Below, piece by piece: positions 41,179-50,274 of a stretch of 64,000 nt of DNA. The position numbers and the translations under genes were made by a program. How positions within the stretch are numbered: position 1 is the stretch's first letter; each line of letters begins with the position of its first letter. The stretch covers positions 2,272,001-2,336,000 of the forward strand of contig CAWETU010000001.1 in NCBI GenBank assembly GCA_963812135.1, written 5' to 3'. The notes under the pieces were generated by a model. It did no database searches. It was given only the letters and a program-made list of their open reading frames with translations, and had not been told where the DNA came from. This stretch comes from Vulcanimicrobiota bacterium. Lineage in GTDB: Bacteria; Vulcanimicrobiota; Vulcanimicrobiia; Eremiobacterales; Eremiobacteraceae.

Positions 41179-42933
41179 ATGAGACGCGTTGCATGGCGAC
41201 CCGTGCTTCTTGCCATTTGTGCGTTCGCTGCGCTCCTCCAGGCAGCATCGGTGTTTGATGTCACCGGAATGGGCGGCGCTCCACCGTGGTGGGGCCGGTT
41301 AGGAGCCACGACCGACGCCTCCTCGAAACCATATACTCTTGTGGTCCGCGCCGTCGATCCCGATGGACCAGCTGGCCGTGCCGGCCTTCGTTCTGGCGAT
41401 CTCATCGACTTACGCTCGCTGAGTCTTGTCGAGCGTTTTTCGCTTTTGGGTTTCGGGCCTTCGCTGCTCAATGGGCGCCCTCTCATCCTCTCGGTGCCTC
41501 GGGGGGCACAACAAAAGGAGCTCACGGTCATACCGCGACCGCTGCCCGCTCAGCGAGCGTGGCTAATCTGGCTCAGTGCATTGGCGAGTTTCTGGCTTTT
41601 GCTGTTTGCAGCCGTCATCGCGTGGCGCCGCGCCGATGTGCCCCAGATGCGGCTGCTCTCGCTATGGCTCGCGGTTTTTGTCGTGCTCGGCGCCGCGACC
41701 GGTTTCGCGGCGCCATGGCCATGGGCGTACGTGCTCGTTAGCTTCGCCAGCTTGACTGGCCCGTTGTCATTGTTGATATGGGTGGCGCTTGCCGGTTCCT
41801 TCGCGCAGCCGCTCTCGCGGCCTCGTCGTATCGCGCAATGGCTTTTCTACACGTTCAACGCGATCCAAACCGCGCTGCTGGTGGCTGGGACTCTCGGAAC
41901 GATCACATTGCAGTTCGACCCGCTCATCGCCTATATTGGGTTCGTCCCGTTTGAGGCGGCTGTCCTGATGGCAGTGGTCTGTAGCGCGCTCGCAATTGCC
42001 GCATCCCGCGGCATCGAGCGTCAGCGAGCGGTGTGGACGCTCGCACCTATTGCGGCCATTTTTTGCTCCATCGTGGCCGGCACCGCGAGCTCGTCTTCAT
42101 CGTACGCCAACCACCTCGTCGGGACGATCGTCATCAATCTGGTGGTGTTCGCCGCACCGGTCGCGCTGACGTACGCCGCGCTGAGCCGTCGACTCCTCGA
42201 CATCGGCTTTGTCTTGAACCGGGCGTTGATCTTCGCGATCGTTTCGACGATTGTGATCGGTGCTTTCGTTTTGGTCGAATGGGCTGCGAGCGCATGGCTC
42301 GTCAGCGCGAGTCATACTGCCAGCACCGTTATCGCCATGGGGGTGGCGCTGGGCCTCGGTTTGTCGATACGCTACATCCACAAGCACGTCGATCGGTTCG
42401 TCGATCGCGTGTTCTTCCGAAAGCGGTATGAGGACGAGGCGGCGCTGCGTCGTTTCGCTCACGAGTCTTCGTATATCACGGATCGCTCCATATTACTCGA
42501 ACGGGCGGTCCGAGAAGTCAAGGAACATACGAATGCCGCTGAAGCGACGATCTTGGTGCAGGATGGAGCGGCGACGTACGCGTCTGCGGAACACGACAGC
42601 GCTCTCGCGGTCGGTGAGAACGATCCTGCGATGGTGGCGTTGCGCGCGTGGCACAAGCCAATCGACCTCAAGTCATTTGAGGATTCGGCGCTGCATGGCG
42701 AGTTCGCGTATCCGATGGTTTCGCGCGGCGCGCTCGTGGCCGTACTTGTGTGTGGAACGAAACGCGATGGCGAAGTCTACGCGCCGGATGAATCGGAGGC
42801 GCTGTTCGCACTCGCGCACGGAGTAGGCACGGCACTCGACGTTCTTTCAGTGCAACACGACCATTCAAATGGACAAGTCCTGCGCGAACTCGCCGAGTTG
42901 CGTAAGGACGTCGAGCGATTGTCGCGTAGGTAA
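41179..42933 (+). CDS. PDZ-7TM-GAF-like membrane protein, intact
   Basis: GPAGRAGLRSGDLIDL PDZ, about ten TM helices, YAALSRRLLDI, DRVFFRKRY, GAF-like tail; no output domain. Confidence 0.85.
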   Translation: MRRVAWRPVLLAICAFAALLQAASVFDVTGMGGAPPWWGRLGATTDASSKPYTLVVRAVDPDGPAGRAGLRSGDLIDLRSLSLVERFSLLGFGPSLLNGRPLILSVPRGAQQKELTVIPRPLPAQRAWLIWLSALASFWLLLFAAVIAWRRADVPQMRLLSLWLAVFVVLGAATGFAAPWPWAYVLVSFASLTGPLSLLIWVALAGSFAQPLSRPRRIAQWLFYTFNAIQTALLVAGTLGTITLQFDPLIAYIGFVPFEAAVLMAVVCSALAIAASRGIERQRAVWTLAPIAAIFCSIVAGTASSSSSYANHLVGTIVINLVVFAAPVALTYAALSRRLLDIGFVLNRALIFAIVSTIVIGAFVLVEWAASAWLVSASHTASTVIAMGVALGLGLSIRYIHKHVDRFVDRVFFRKRYEDEAALRRFAHESSYITDRSILLERAVREVKEHTNAAEATILVQDGAATYASAEHDSALAVGENDPAMVALRAWHKPIDLKSFEDSALHGEFAYPMVSRGALVAVLVCGTKRDGEVYAPDESEALFALAHGVGTALDVLSVQHDHSNGQVLRELAELRKDVERLSRR

Positions 42934-43059
42934 GACGGACACGTTCTTGAGGTTCCTCGCGCTCGAATAGGTCACACATGGGGGTAAACGGAGGGTATTG
43001 TGTTCTTTTGGGCAAGAAGGTAGTCTCATCTGATTTTTAAGCCCGAAAGGTCACCTAAC

Positions 43060-43311
43060 ATGCCCACCGGCGAGCGACCGACAATTCTCCTCACGATCTG
43101 CGACACGCTTAACGAGGCGCCCAAGGTCAAGTTCTTGTCGGAAGAAGCACTTGGCAAAATCTATGACGACCAAGGCGAGCTTCCCGGCTGCGTCGGTTCG
43201 CTTATGACGGCCGCGGACGCGCGTGCACTTGCGGAGCAGTTGCTGGAGCTGGCTGAGGCCAAGAGCGAACCCGAACTCTCCGCGGGCACCACGACGACAC
43301 CGCGGACTTAG
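43060..43311 (+). CDS. Small hypothetical protein
   Basis: 83 aa, RBS GAAAGG, MTAADARALAEQLLELA helix. Confidence 0.5.
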   Translation: MPTGERPTILLTICDTLNEAPKVKFLSEEALGKIYDDQGELPGCVGSLMTAADARALAEQLLELAEAKSEPELSAGTTTTPRT

Positions 43312-43420
43312 GCTGGCAGCCAGTTCGTAACCCACGTGACGACGAGCCCCACTGTTTCGGGCGTTGATCAGGTCTAGTTAGCCCGCTATCCGGAACTCGA
43401 TACGAAGAGCTTGACGAACA

Positions 43421-43483
43421 CTATCAAGCGCTTGATAGGTGGAGCGTAAGCTACTTGCGCCTTTAGACCGGATATGGTATAAG
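43421..43483 (+). promoter_or_regulatory. 18-bp palindrome and sigma70 promoter of the relE-HTH TA pair
   Basis: CTATCAAGCGCTTGATAG perfect palindrome; TTGCGC-17-TATAAG with TG extension. Confidence 0.55.
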
Positions 43484-43505
43484 ACCTTTGGGACTGCGCG
43501 AAGAG

Positions 43506-43886
43506 ATGTCGGCGGAGCGGCCCGATCGAGCGTTGGTCTTTGTCGGATCGTCCAGAGACGATCTCTCCTCGTTCCCAGCGGAAGTCAAACTGGTGACGGG
43601 CTACGCATTGCGTCAGATCCAATTCGGCAGGGAACACCGCGATGCCAAACTGATGAGGGGCGACTTGCGGGAAGTTCTTGAGGTCGCTGTTCACGACAAT
43701 TCAGGCGAGCGGACATACCGAACTGCGTGTATTCGCAAAAGCGAAATCGTCTATGTGCTACACGCCTTCCAAAAGAAATCGACATCAGGTATCAGCACCC
43801 CGACGCGGGACCTGAAACTGATCAAGCGTCGCCTCAGGACGGCGCGAAACCACTGGGAGGATCGCTATGCTAAAAGGCACCCGTAA
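43506..43886 (+). CDS. RelE/ParE (Gp49-like) toxin
   Basis: GSSRDDLSSFP...GYALRQIQFG...YVLHAFQKKST. Confidence 0.9.
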   Translation: MSAERPDRALVFVGSSRDDLSSFPAEVKLVTGYALRQIQFGREHRDAKLMRGDLREVLEVAVHDNSGERTYRTACIRKSEIVYVLHAFQKKSTSGISTPTRDLKLIKRRLRTARNHWEDRYAKRHP

Positions 43887-44199
43887 TGCCGTCACGCGTG
43901 GCAGCGGCAATGTCTTCGCAGATATCGGGTTGGATCATCCGGAAGAGACTCTCGCGAAGGCGCGAATCGTTGAGGCCATTGCGCGGCTGATCGCGCGTCA
44001 GAAAACGAGCCAGCAAGAGGCCGCGAGACAGGTTCGCCTGACGCAGCCTCAGGTTTCCCGCTTAATGCGGGGAGATACACGGGAGTTCTCCTACGAGCGT
44101 CTCCTGAGGGTGCTTACCGCGTTGGGTCAGGATGTCGAGATCACCATTCGCCGGACGCGCGACCCGAAAAGGCGGGGCCGTGTATTGATTCACTCATAG
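43867..44199 (+). CDS. XRE (HTH_37) antitoxin
   Basis: GSGNVFADIGL...TQPQVSRLMRG...LTALGQDVEITI. Confidence 0.9.
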   Translation: MLKGTRNAVTRGSGNVFADIGLDHPEETLAKARIVEAIARLIARQKTSQQEAARQVRLTQPQVSRLMRGDTREFSYERLLRVLTALGQDVEITIRRTRDPKRRGRVLIHS

Positions 44200-44246
44200 A
44201 CGGCGCTCCGCCGTGTCGTGATATACTCACGCGTGAGAGGTCTACA

Positions 44247-44831
44247 ATGTCAACCGTTCGCGAAATCACCGTGCCAGACACAACGCCAGCAACCGAATGG
44301 GTCAATGGGCGCGCGCTTCAGAAGATGAGCCCGGGGTACCCACACGGACTCGCTCAAGGACGGCTTTGTGCCACCCTGCTCGCGTGGGCCGACGAGACCG
44401 GAGCGGGATGGGTCGCCTCCGAGTGGGAGTTCAGAGTCACGCCGCCCGGAGATGTGACTCGTCCGCTCGTGCCCGACGTCGCATTCTTGTCGTACGGCAG
44501 ACTAGGATACGATCAGGACGAGGCCGCCGAGATCCCGCGCATGGCGCCCGATGTCGCCGTCGAGATCATCTCACCCGGCGACCGTTGGGCGGATCTCGAC
44601 GAAAAAGCGCGCGTCTATCTCGCGGCTGGTGCCAAGCTCGTTCTAATCGCCGATCCTCAGGACCAGACCCTCATCGCGCGAGATCCGAGCCGCGAACGGG
44701 CATATACCGCAGACGATATCTTCGAGCACGCGTCGATGCCAGGCTTCGTCTTGCGCGTCGGTTCGATCTTCGAAAGAGTCAGGCCGAAGACTAAATCGGA
44801 TGCGAGGGGACCGGAAACGGACGCGGGCTGA
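44247..44831 (+). CDS. Uma2-family endonuclease
   Basis: PLVPDVAF, PDVAVEIISP, YLAAGAKLV; close paralogue of 33340-33888. Confidence 0.92.
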   Translation: MSTVREITVPDTTPATEWVNGRALQKMSPGYPHGLAQGRLCATLLAWADETGAGWVASEWEFRVTPPGDVTRPLVPDVAFLSYGRLGYDQDEAAEIPRMAPDVAVEIISPGDRWADLDEKARVYLAAGAKLVLIADPQDQTLIARDPSRERAYTADDIFEHASMPGFVLRVGSIFERVRPKTKSDARGPETDAG

Positions 44832-46248
44832 ACGAGGGGCGCGGCATCGGTGTCGGCCGCGAGATGGTCGACGCAAGCGTCGATTGCATGACGACGACTT
44901 CGTACGGATTCCACGTCGACACTACCCAATAGATCGTAGCGGTGCGCGTTGGGCCGGCGACGTCTTCCGTATATCGATTCATCACGAACGGCGCATAGAA
45001 TCCGCCCTCGACGTACGTGCCGTCCTTTTTCTTAGGCCAGGAGTTGGTTTGGCCGCCGCAGCCGCTCGCCTGCATGATCAGCGTGCAGTGCACGCCGGGT
45101 GTGGCCGCGCTGAGCAAGGTCGTCGGCGCGGACCACGGTCCCCACGGCGCGTCTGCGACACGAGCGAGAATCCCGCTGCCGCTACAATTATAGAGCATGA
45201 GCCACGAATGCAGCGGACGGTTCCAGGTGACCGAAAATTCTCCGATGCAACGATCCGCGTCTGAGGTCGGCGCGAGTATCTCTGCACTTGTAGGCGGCGC
45301 CCATGGGCCTTTGTGCGCTGCCCACTGCGTGGTCGAGACCCAGGTCGGCTTGCCCTTAGACGAAAGCCCGGTGAAGAACTTCCATGTCGACGGATCGGCG
45401 AACGAGTTAACCGGAGCGTAGGCGAGATACGGCGTGCTCGCCCGGTATCGGGGTACGCCGAAGATCAAGACGCCAAGTTTTTGATCGGATGGAAGGCCGC
45501 GGATCGCGGCGGCATCGACGCCGATGGTATAGACGAAGCCGATGGGCATCGAAACTATGTGCTTGCCCGACTTTGGTATGGTGAACGTCAGGCCGTCATC
45601 CGATGACTGGGCCAGCACGCTGTAACCGATGCTGCTGCGCGCGTCCGTTTCGGGGCATCCCGCGCTTGACGCGGGGCGCGCGAGCGGATCGCTCGCGGAG
45701 GGAAGCAGATTCGCGGGTTGGTCGCAGTGGCCGGTCCAAAAGAACGCATAGAGATCGCCGCCGGCGTTCACGCCGCCGGACGGCACGTTGAAGAATCCTT
45801 GATTGATGGTCTGCGGGCCGGTCACCGTCACTCGCGCGAACGTCTTCGGCTTGCTGGTGCGGACCTTCATGCCGACGCACTCGCTCGCGTCGGGTGTTTG
45901 CGTGCGAGTGGTGATGCCGATGGCGTCGTCCGGCGGTATCTCACCTGCCGCGCCGCCGGGATGCATCGGCGGCCAGCTGTCGCCGAAGAAAAAGAGTAGC
46001 TTGCCTTTGTGCTCCACCGGGTAGCCGAGATCGCCGCCTTGCATGCCGGCGTTGGTGAGCGTTTGAGCAGCGGTGGGCTTGCCACTCGCCCAGTCCGTCT
46101 CACCGTCGAGTTGGCAGATCTTTGCGCTTTGGCCGACGAGCGAAACGGGCGCGGGAGCCACGGGTGTTAGGTAGCCACCGCTGTGACCGCTATTCAGCGC
46201 CGCGAAGACCGCGAACGCGAGCATCAAGAACGTAAGAACGATCCGCAT
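44791..46248 (-). CDS. Secreted DUF4185 (GH183-like) protein
   Basis: GGDLGYP...FFFGDS, GEFSVTWN...WLMLY, APWGPWS, YAPF, VSTWNPYEV. Confidence 0.8.
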   Translation of the reverse strand: MRIVLTFLMLAFAVFAALNSGHSGGYLTPVAPAPVSLVGQSAKICQLDGETDWASGKPTAAQTLTNAGMQGGDLGYPVEHKGKLLFFFGDSWPPMHPGGAAGEIPPDDAIGITTRTQTPDASECVGMKVRTSKPKTFARVTVTGPQTINQGFFNVPSGGVNAGGDLYAFFWTGHCDQPANLLPSASDPLARPASSAGCPETDARSSIGYSVLAQSSDDGLTFTIPKSGKHIVSMPIGFVYTIGVDAAAIRGLPSDQKLGVLIFGVPRYRASTPYLAYAPVNSFADPSTWKFFTGLSSKGKPTWVSTTQWAAHKGPWAPPTSAEILAPTSDADRCIGEFSVTWNRPLHSWLMLYNCSGSGILARVADAPWGPWSAPTTLLSAATPGVHCTLIMQASGCGGQTNSWPKKKDGTYVEGGFYAPFVMNRYTEDVAGPTRTATIYWVVSTWNPYEVVVMQSTLASTISRPTPMPRPSFSPRPFPVPSHPI

Positions 46249-46284
46249 CCGACCACTTTCAGTTTCGGCGGGTCATGACTCCTC

Positions 46285-46683
46285 TTATCGTATGAAGCGA
46301 ATCGTTATGGGATACCGGAAGCGCTCGCCGCGATATGATCGCACGCAGGCGAACACGACGCACGTAAGATCGAAGACGGCCAATAAGAGCGCCAAGGGCA
46401 GCACAAAGAGAAACCACGGCTGATTTCCGTGCGACACAATCATTACGAAGATACCGGTGACCCAGCAGATGGCAAGCACAAACCCCAGGATGCTGATGGT
46501 GATCTGGAAGTTGAGCGATTCCTTGCCCTGATCGTCGATAAATGGATCTGCGTCTTTTTTGAGGAGCCAGACGGCCAGTGGGCCGATGATGTGGCCGATC
46601 GGGGCGCCGACGAGCGCGAGCGCCGCGAGGTGGCACACCATCGCCCAGGTGCGTGCATCGGCGCTCGGTTGCGTTTCGATCAT
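46285..46683 (-). CDS. DUF4870 membrane protein
   Basis: TWAMVCHL, GPLAVWLLKKD, GKESLNFQIT, FRYPITIRF. Confidence 0.9.
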   Translation of the reverse strand: MIETQPSADARTWAMVCHLAALALVGAPIGHIIGPLAVWLLKKDADPFIDDQGKESLNFQITISILGFVLAICWVTGIFVMIVSHGNQPWFLFVLPLALLLAVFDLTCVVFACVRSYRGERFRYPITIRFIR

Positions 46684-46726
46684 GCGCGTTTGCGTTCGCG
46701 GTCGCGGGTGTAGTATGCTCTCAAGT

Positions 46727-47278
46727 ATGGCGCTCACCGAAAAAGATCTGCTTACCGTCCAGGCCGCCTATCCGGGCAACCGGGTCGAGCTGCGCGACGG
46801 CAAGATCATCATCATGAGCCCTTCGGGTCACGCGCCCGAAGTTATCGTGGCGCGCCTGACTGCGCGCCTCCAGAATTGGATCGAACCGTGCGGGCTCGGC
46901 TTCGTCGCGACGTCGAGCGCGGGCTTCCACTTACCCAATGGGGACGTGATCGCGCCCGACGTTTCGTACGTGTCAAAGAGAAAGATGCAAGTCTCTCCGC
47001 CCGGATTTGCGCACGTCGTTCCGGACCTCGTCGTCGAGGTGAAGTCCCCCTCCGATCGAATTGCCGAGCTCGAAGCAAAATTATCGCTTGTCCGCACGCT
47101 CGGTGCTGAGGTGACCTGGCTTATCGATCCCGAGAAGCGAACGGTTACAGTCGATGCTGACGGGCAGGCGCCATTCCTGGTCACCGACATAGACGTTCTC
47201 GAACTCCCCACGCTCTTGCCGGGCTGGTCAATGCGCGTCTCTGAGCTTTGGCCACCGCGGTTAGAGTATAGCAGCTAG
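46727..47278 (+). CDS. Uma2-family endonuclease, possibly leaderless
   Basis: ELRDGKIIIMSP, APDVSYV, PDLVVEVKSPSD; TATGCT 7 nt before the ATG. Confidence 0.92.
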   Translation: MALTEKDLLTVQAAYPGNRVELRDGKIIIMSPSGHAPEVIVARLTARLQNWIEPCGLGFVATSSAGFHLPNGDVIAPDVSYVSKRKMQVSPPGFAHVVPDLVVEVKSPSDRIAELEAKLSLVRTLGAEVTWLIDPEKRTVTVDADGQAPFLVTDIDVLELPTLLPGWSMRVSELWPPRLEYSS

Positions 47279-47733
47279 GCCGGCGGCGCCTCCCATACGA
47301 GTTCGGCGACGGCGAACACCAGCTGCACCTGCGCTTGCTCCACCGGCTGGTCGGATTTCGGCACGCGCACTTCGCCCGAGATAACGCAGATCGCGTCGTT
47401 GAGATGCTTGTACTTCTCGTGGCTGGTCACGTGCCACGCCGCGCCCACCACCTGGCGCCGGCCCGGCGGATATGCACGTCCATATCCTTTATAGTCTGTC
47501 ATTATGAGTGCGCCGTCGTCGGTCTCGATGAAGCCCTGCATGTTCATCGCGACGGTCCGGTCGGTACGCCGCCGCGGGTGATTGCCGGCGCGGAACCTCC
47601 CCGCGAGCGCGCCTTCGCATCGCCCCTCTGCGAAGTAGTAATGATGCTCTTCGGTGCCGGCATCGCCAACGAGGTCGACTTGCCAGCCGTCAGGATAATG
47701 GAAGCGGACGGTGTAGAGCGGTCGCAGTTGCAT
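47275..47733 (-). CDS. DUF3237-like beta-barrel protein
   Basis: EGRCEG...NHPRRRTD...GFIETDDGALI...YKHLND. Confidence 0.6.
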   Translation of the reverse strand: MQLRPLYTVRFHYPDGWQVDLVGDAGTEEHHYYFAEGRCEGALAGRFRAGNHPRRRTDRTVAMNMQGFIETDDGALIMTDYKGYGRAYPPGRRQVVGAAWHVTSHEKYKHLNDAICVISGEVRVPKSDQPVEQAQVQLVFAVAELVWEAPPA

Positions 47734-47766
47734 GGCCAGTACCCCCTAGTCAAGCTCTTTATAGCA

Positions 47767-47802
47767 ATGGGGCCCGCCGACCGCTCGGTCGACAGACCCC
47801 AT
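47767..47802 (-). terminator. Long GC-rich hairpin after the NHL gene
   Basis: ATGGGGTCTGTCGACCG-AG-CGGTCGGCGGGCCCCAT; wobble pairs are G-U on the minus strand; no U-tract. Confidence 0.5.
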
Positions 47803-47823
47803 CGAGGTTCCTGACCTCCTTGG

Positions 47824-48825
47824 CTACTGGATCGCGAGGCCGATCGGCGTCACCAAGCCGGTGGCTGCGCCTGAAACCGTGAACATCGGCGCTTGATTGC
47901 CAGTGGCACCGGGCGCGTAGACCGTGATGGTGTTCCCGCCTGCGTTCGCGACGTACATGTTCCCGGTCGTATCGAACGACACCGAGGTCGGATTCAAAAG
48001 ACCCGTGGCCGCGCCGGAGAGCGTGCGCATCGGCGCGACGTTGCCGTTCGCTCCAGCTGCGAAGACGGCGATGGTGGAGTTGTTGTTGCTGCAGACGTAG
48101 ATCAGGCCCGCTGCATCGGTGCGAACGCACTCCGGGTCCGCGAGGCCTGTGGCTGCGCCGACGATCGTCGCGGTCGGTGCGACGTTACCGCTGGCGCCTG
48201 AAGCGAACTTCAGCACGGCGTTGTTGCCGCTGTTGGTCACCAACAGATTGCCGCCTGCGTCGAATGTGAGCGAGGTCGGACCGTTGAGTGTGGTGGCCGC
48301 ACCCGCGATCGAGTTGGTGGGCGCGATGTTGCCGTTCGCTCCTGCGGGGAAGATGAGGATCCCATCTGATCCGGTGGAGTTGAAACAGAGGCCGCAGTTC
48401 GTGGCGAACAGGTTGCCCGAGCCGTCGAGAGCCAGGCCGTCCACGCCCGTGAGACCAGTGGCCGCGCCGGTAATCGTGCGTATCGGAGCGACGTTGCCGG
48501 TCGCCGCCGGAGCGTACACTGTGATCGAATGCGCGACAGCGCCACCCGGTGCATTGGCGATGTAGATGTTCATGGTCGAGTCGAGGACGACGCGACGCGG
48601 GAAGCCGAGGCCGGTCGCTGCTCCGACGATGTTCTGCGTCGGGGCGACGTTGCCGTTGGCGGTGAGCGGATAGGCCGTCACCGCGTTTGAGTTTGCATCG
48701 GAAACGAAATAGAGCAGCGGCGGCGACGTGGGCGTGGTGCCCGGGCTGGTGGAGCTGGTGCTGCACGCCGCTGCGAAAACCGCAACCAGACATGCGCCGA
48801 GAGCCGCAAGGGGAAATCGTGGCAT
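47824..48825 (-). CDS. NHL-repeat beta-propeller lipoprotein
   Basis: Lipobox FAAAC; six repeats of GNxAP...GAATxL. Confidence 0.88.
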   Translation of the reverse strand: MPRFPLAALGACLVAVFAAACSTSSTSPGTTPTSPPLLYFVSDANSNAVTAYPLTANGNVAPTQNIVGAATGLGFPRRVVLDSTMNIYIANAPGGAVAHSITVYAPAATGNVAPIRTITGAATGLTGVDGLALDGSGNLFATNCGLCFNSTGSDGILIFPAGANGNIAPTNSIAGAATTLNGPTSLTFDAGGNLLVTNSGNNAVLKFASGASGNVAPTATIVGAATGLADPECVRTDAAGLIYVCSNNNSTIAVFAAGANGNVAPMRTLSGAATGLLNPTSVSFDTTGNMYVANAGGNTITVYAPGATGNQAPMFTVSGAATGLVTPIGLAIQ

Positions 48826-49097
48826 TAGTAACCTCCAAAGATGGGGGGAGTGCCGAATTGGCCGTGGTTTAGCAACTGCTGCTCTTCTGCTAGTGTGGAG
48901 ATGGACCCGCACGGGAAACCGTGATTGTTCGCCGCAGCCGTGGAGGCTAGTGGTAAGTATTACGCCGATAAGCGACTACTGAGTGCAGACCACTTGCAGG
49001 ATTTCATCGGCCGTACGGTCTGCTTCAACTGCCGCAACGCCCTCCGTTCACTGCCGAGCTGGGGAATCACGGTGATCCGGCTCGAATCCGAGCGGCA

Positions 49098-49544
49098 ATG
49101 TGGCAGCCGTTCGACGAGAACGCCCGGCTCGTGGTCGTCGGCGCGCAACAGGAAGCGCAGCGATTGGGGCATGGCTTCATCGGCCCCGAACATCTGCTGC
49201 TCGCGATCCTGTCGAACAAGAACCCGACGTCCGAGCTGCTCGGCAAGCACGGAATCGACTACGACACGCTTCGCGGTCACGTCGAACGGCTGGCGGCGCC
49301 ACGCAAATCGCCCGCGCCGCCCGAGATCGTGTTCACGCCCGAAGGCAAGCGCTGCTTCGAAAGGGCGTTCGAGGCTGCGCGCGCGCTCAAGTGCAGCCAT
49401 ATCAGCAGCGAGCACCTATTCATCGGCATCACGTTTCTCGGCGATGAGTCGGTGGCGATGCGCGCGCTGAGCCAGCTCGCTCCAGATGTCTCAACGCTGC
49501 GCGCCGAAGTCACGGCGCAGGTACAGGGGTCGCAGCCGCCCTGA
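49098..49544 (+). CDS. Stand-alone Clp N-terminal domain protein
   Basis: AQQEAQRLGHGFIGPEHLLLAIL...FTPEGKRCFERA...ISSEHLFIG. Confidence 0.88.
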   Translation: MWQPFDENARLVVVGAQQEAQRLGHGFIGPEHLLLAILSNKNPTSELLGKHGIDYDTLRGHVERLAAPRKSPAPPEIVFTPEGKRCFERAFEAARALKCSHISSEHLFIGITFLGDESVAMRALSQLAPDVSTLRAEVTAQVQGSQPP

Positions 49545-49557
49545 GATCGCGCTCGAG

Positions 49558-50148
49558 CTATTTCGAACAGGTGAGATCGACGCGGAAGCTCGGATCGGCG
49601 ATCGTGTAGTGGGGTGCGTCTTTCCAAGCCTTCGACTTGTCGATATCCCACAGCCATTTCACCGGTTTGGGAACGGTTGCGGGTTTCGGATTGAAATAGT
49701 AGTTGATGGTGTGCGTGAAGCCCGCGCTCGGCGGCAGATCTTTGAATAACTCGTTGTTCCACGCGACGATGTCGGCCGAGTCGGTCGAGTCGAGCGTGTT
49801 GCCGTCATCGAACACGAGATGGCCGGCCGGCTTGAGCTCGACGCCCGTCTTCTCGAGTTGCGTCGTGACGTGCGAACCATTGCGCACGTCGATCGTGACC
49901 GCGTAGCCGGGCAGCAGTCCCATCGAATCCATCACCGGCGCGACGTTGGTCACGCGCAGGCGCCACAGGCCGTCGAACAACCATTGGTTCATGCAGCCTT
50001 CGCGGGCCGAGAGCTGATGCGAGCCGCCCTGCGCGGTCGGGTTGGGTGCGGGCGCCGTGTCGGCGGCTGCGGGCAACGTGGCGGCGAACACGCAAGCGGC
50101 GATGATCGCGGCGCATGCCGTCCAGTTGATAGTCGAGTGGGTGGACAT
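49558..50148 (-). CDS. Secreted hypothetical protein (GCMNQW family)
   Basis: RBS GGAGG, signal peptide, EGCMNQWLFDGLWRLRVT...FRVDLTCSK; paralogue of 59625-60201. Confidence 0.8.
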   Translation of the reverse strand: MSTHSTINWTACAAIIAACVFAATLPAAADTAPAPNPTAQGGSHQLSAREGCMNQWLFDGLWRLRVTNVAPVMDSMGLLPGYAVTIDVRNGSHVTTQLEKTGVELKPAGHLVFDDGNTLDSTDSADIVAWNNELFKDLPPSAGFTHTINYYFNPKPATVPKPVKWLWDIDKSKAWKDAPHYTIADPSFRVDLTCSK

Positions 50149-50188
50149 CGGTGTTGACCTCCGGTCGGTTGCTTAGTGGTCTTGGCTT

Positions 50189-50221
50189 AGCATAAACCGG
50201 CGGGCGTCCAGGAGGCATCCA
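50189..50221 (-). promoter_or_regulatory. SARP-type direct-repeat box and -10 element
   Basis: TGGATGCC-N3-TGGACGCC (11-bp phase), then 8 nt, then TATGCT. Confidence 0.65.
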
Positions 50222-50274
50222 GGGTGCTTGCGGCCGGAGCGTGGAAGTGCCTCGACCCTTTAAGGCGCCGTTAT

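Noticed and set aside
47824..48825. Internal repeats as a DGR template/variable pair
   Set aside because: Ordinary beta-propeller blades; no reverse transcriptase in the window and no adenine-specific pattern noticed.
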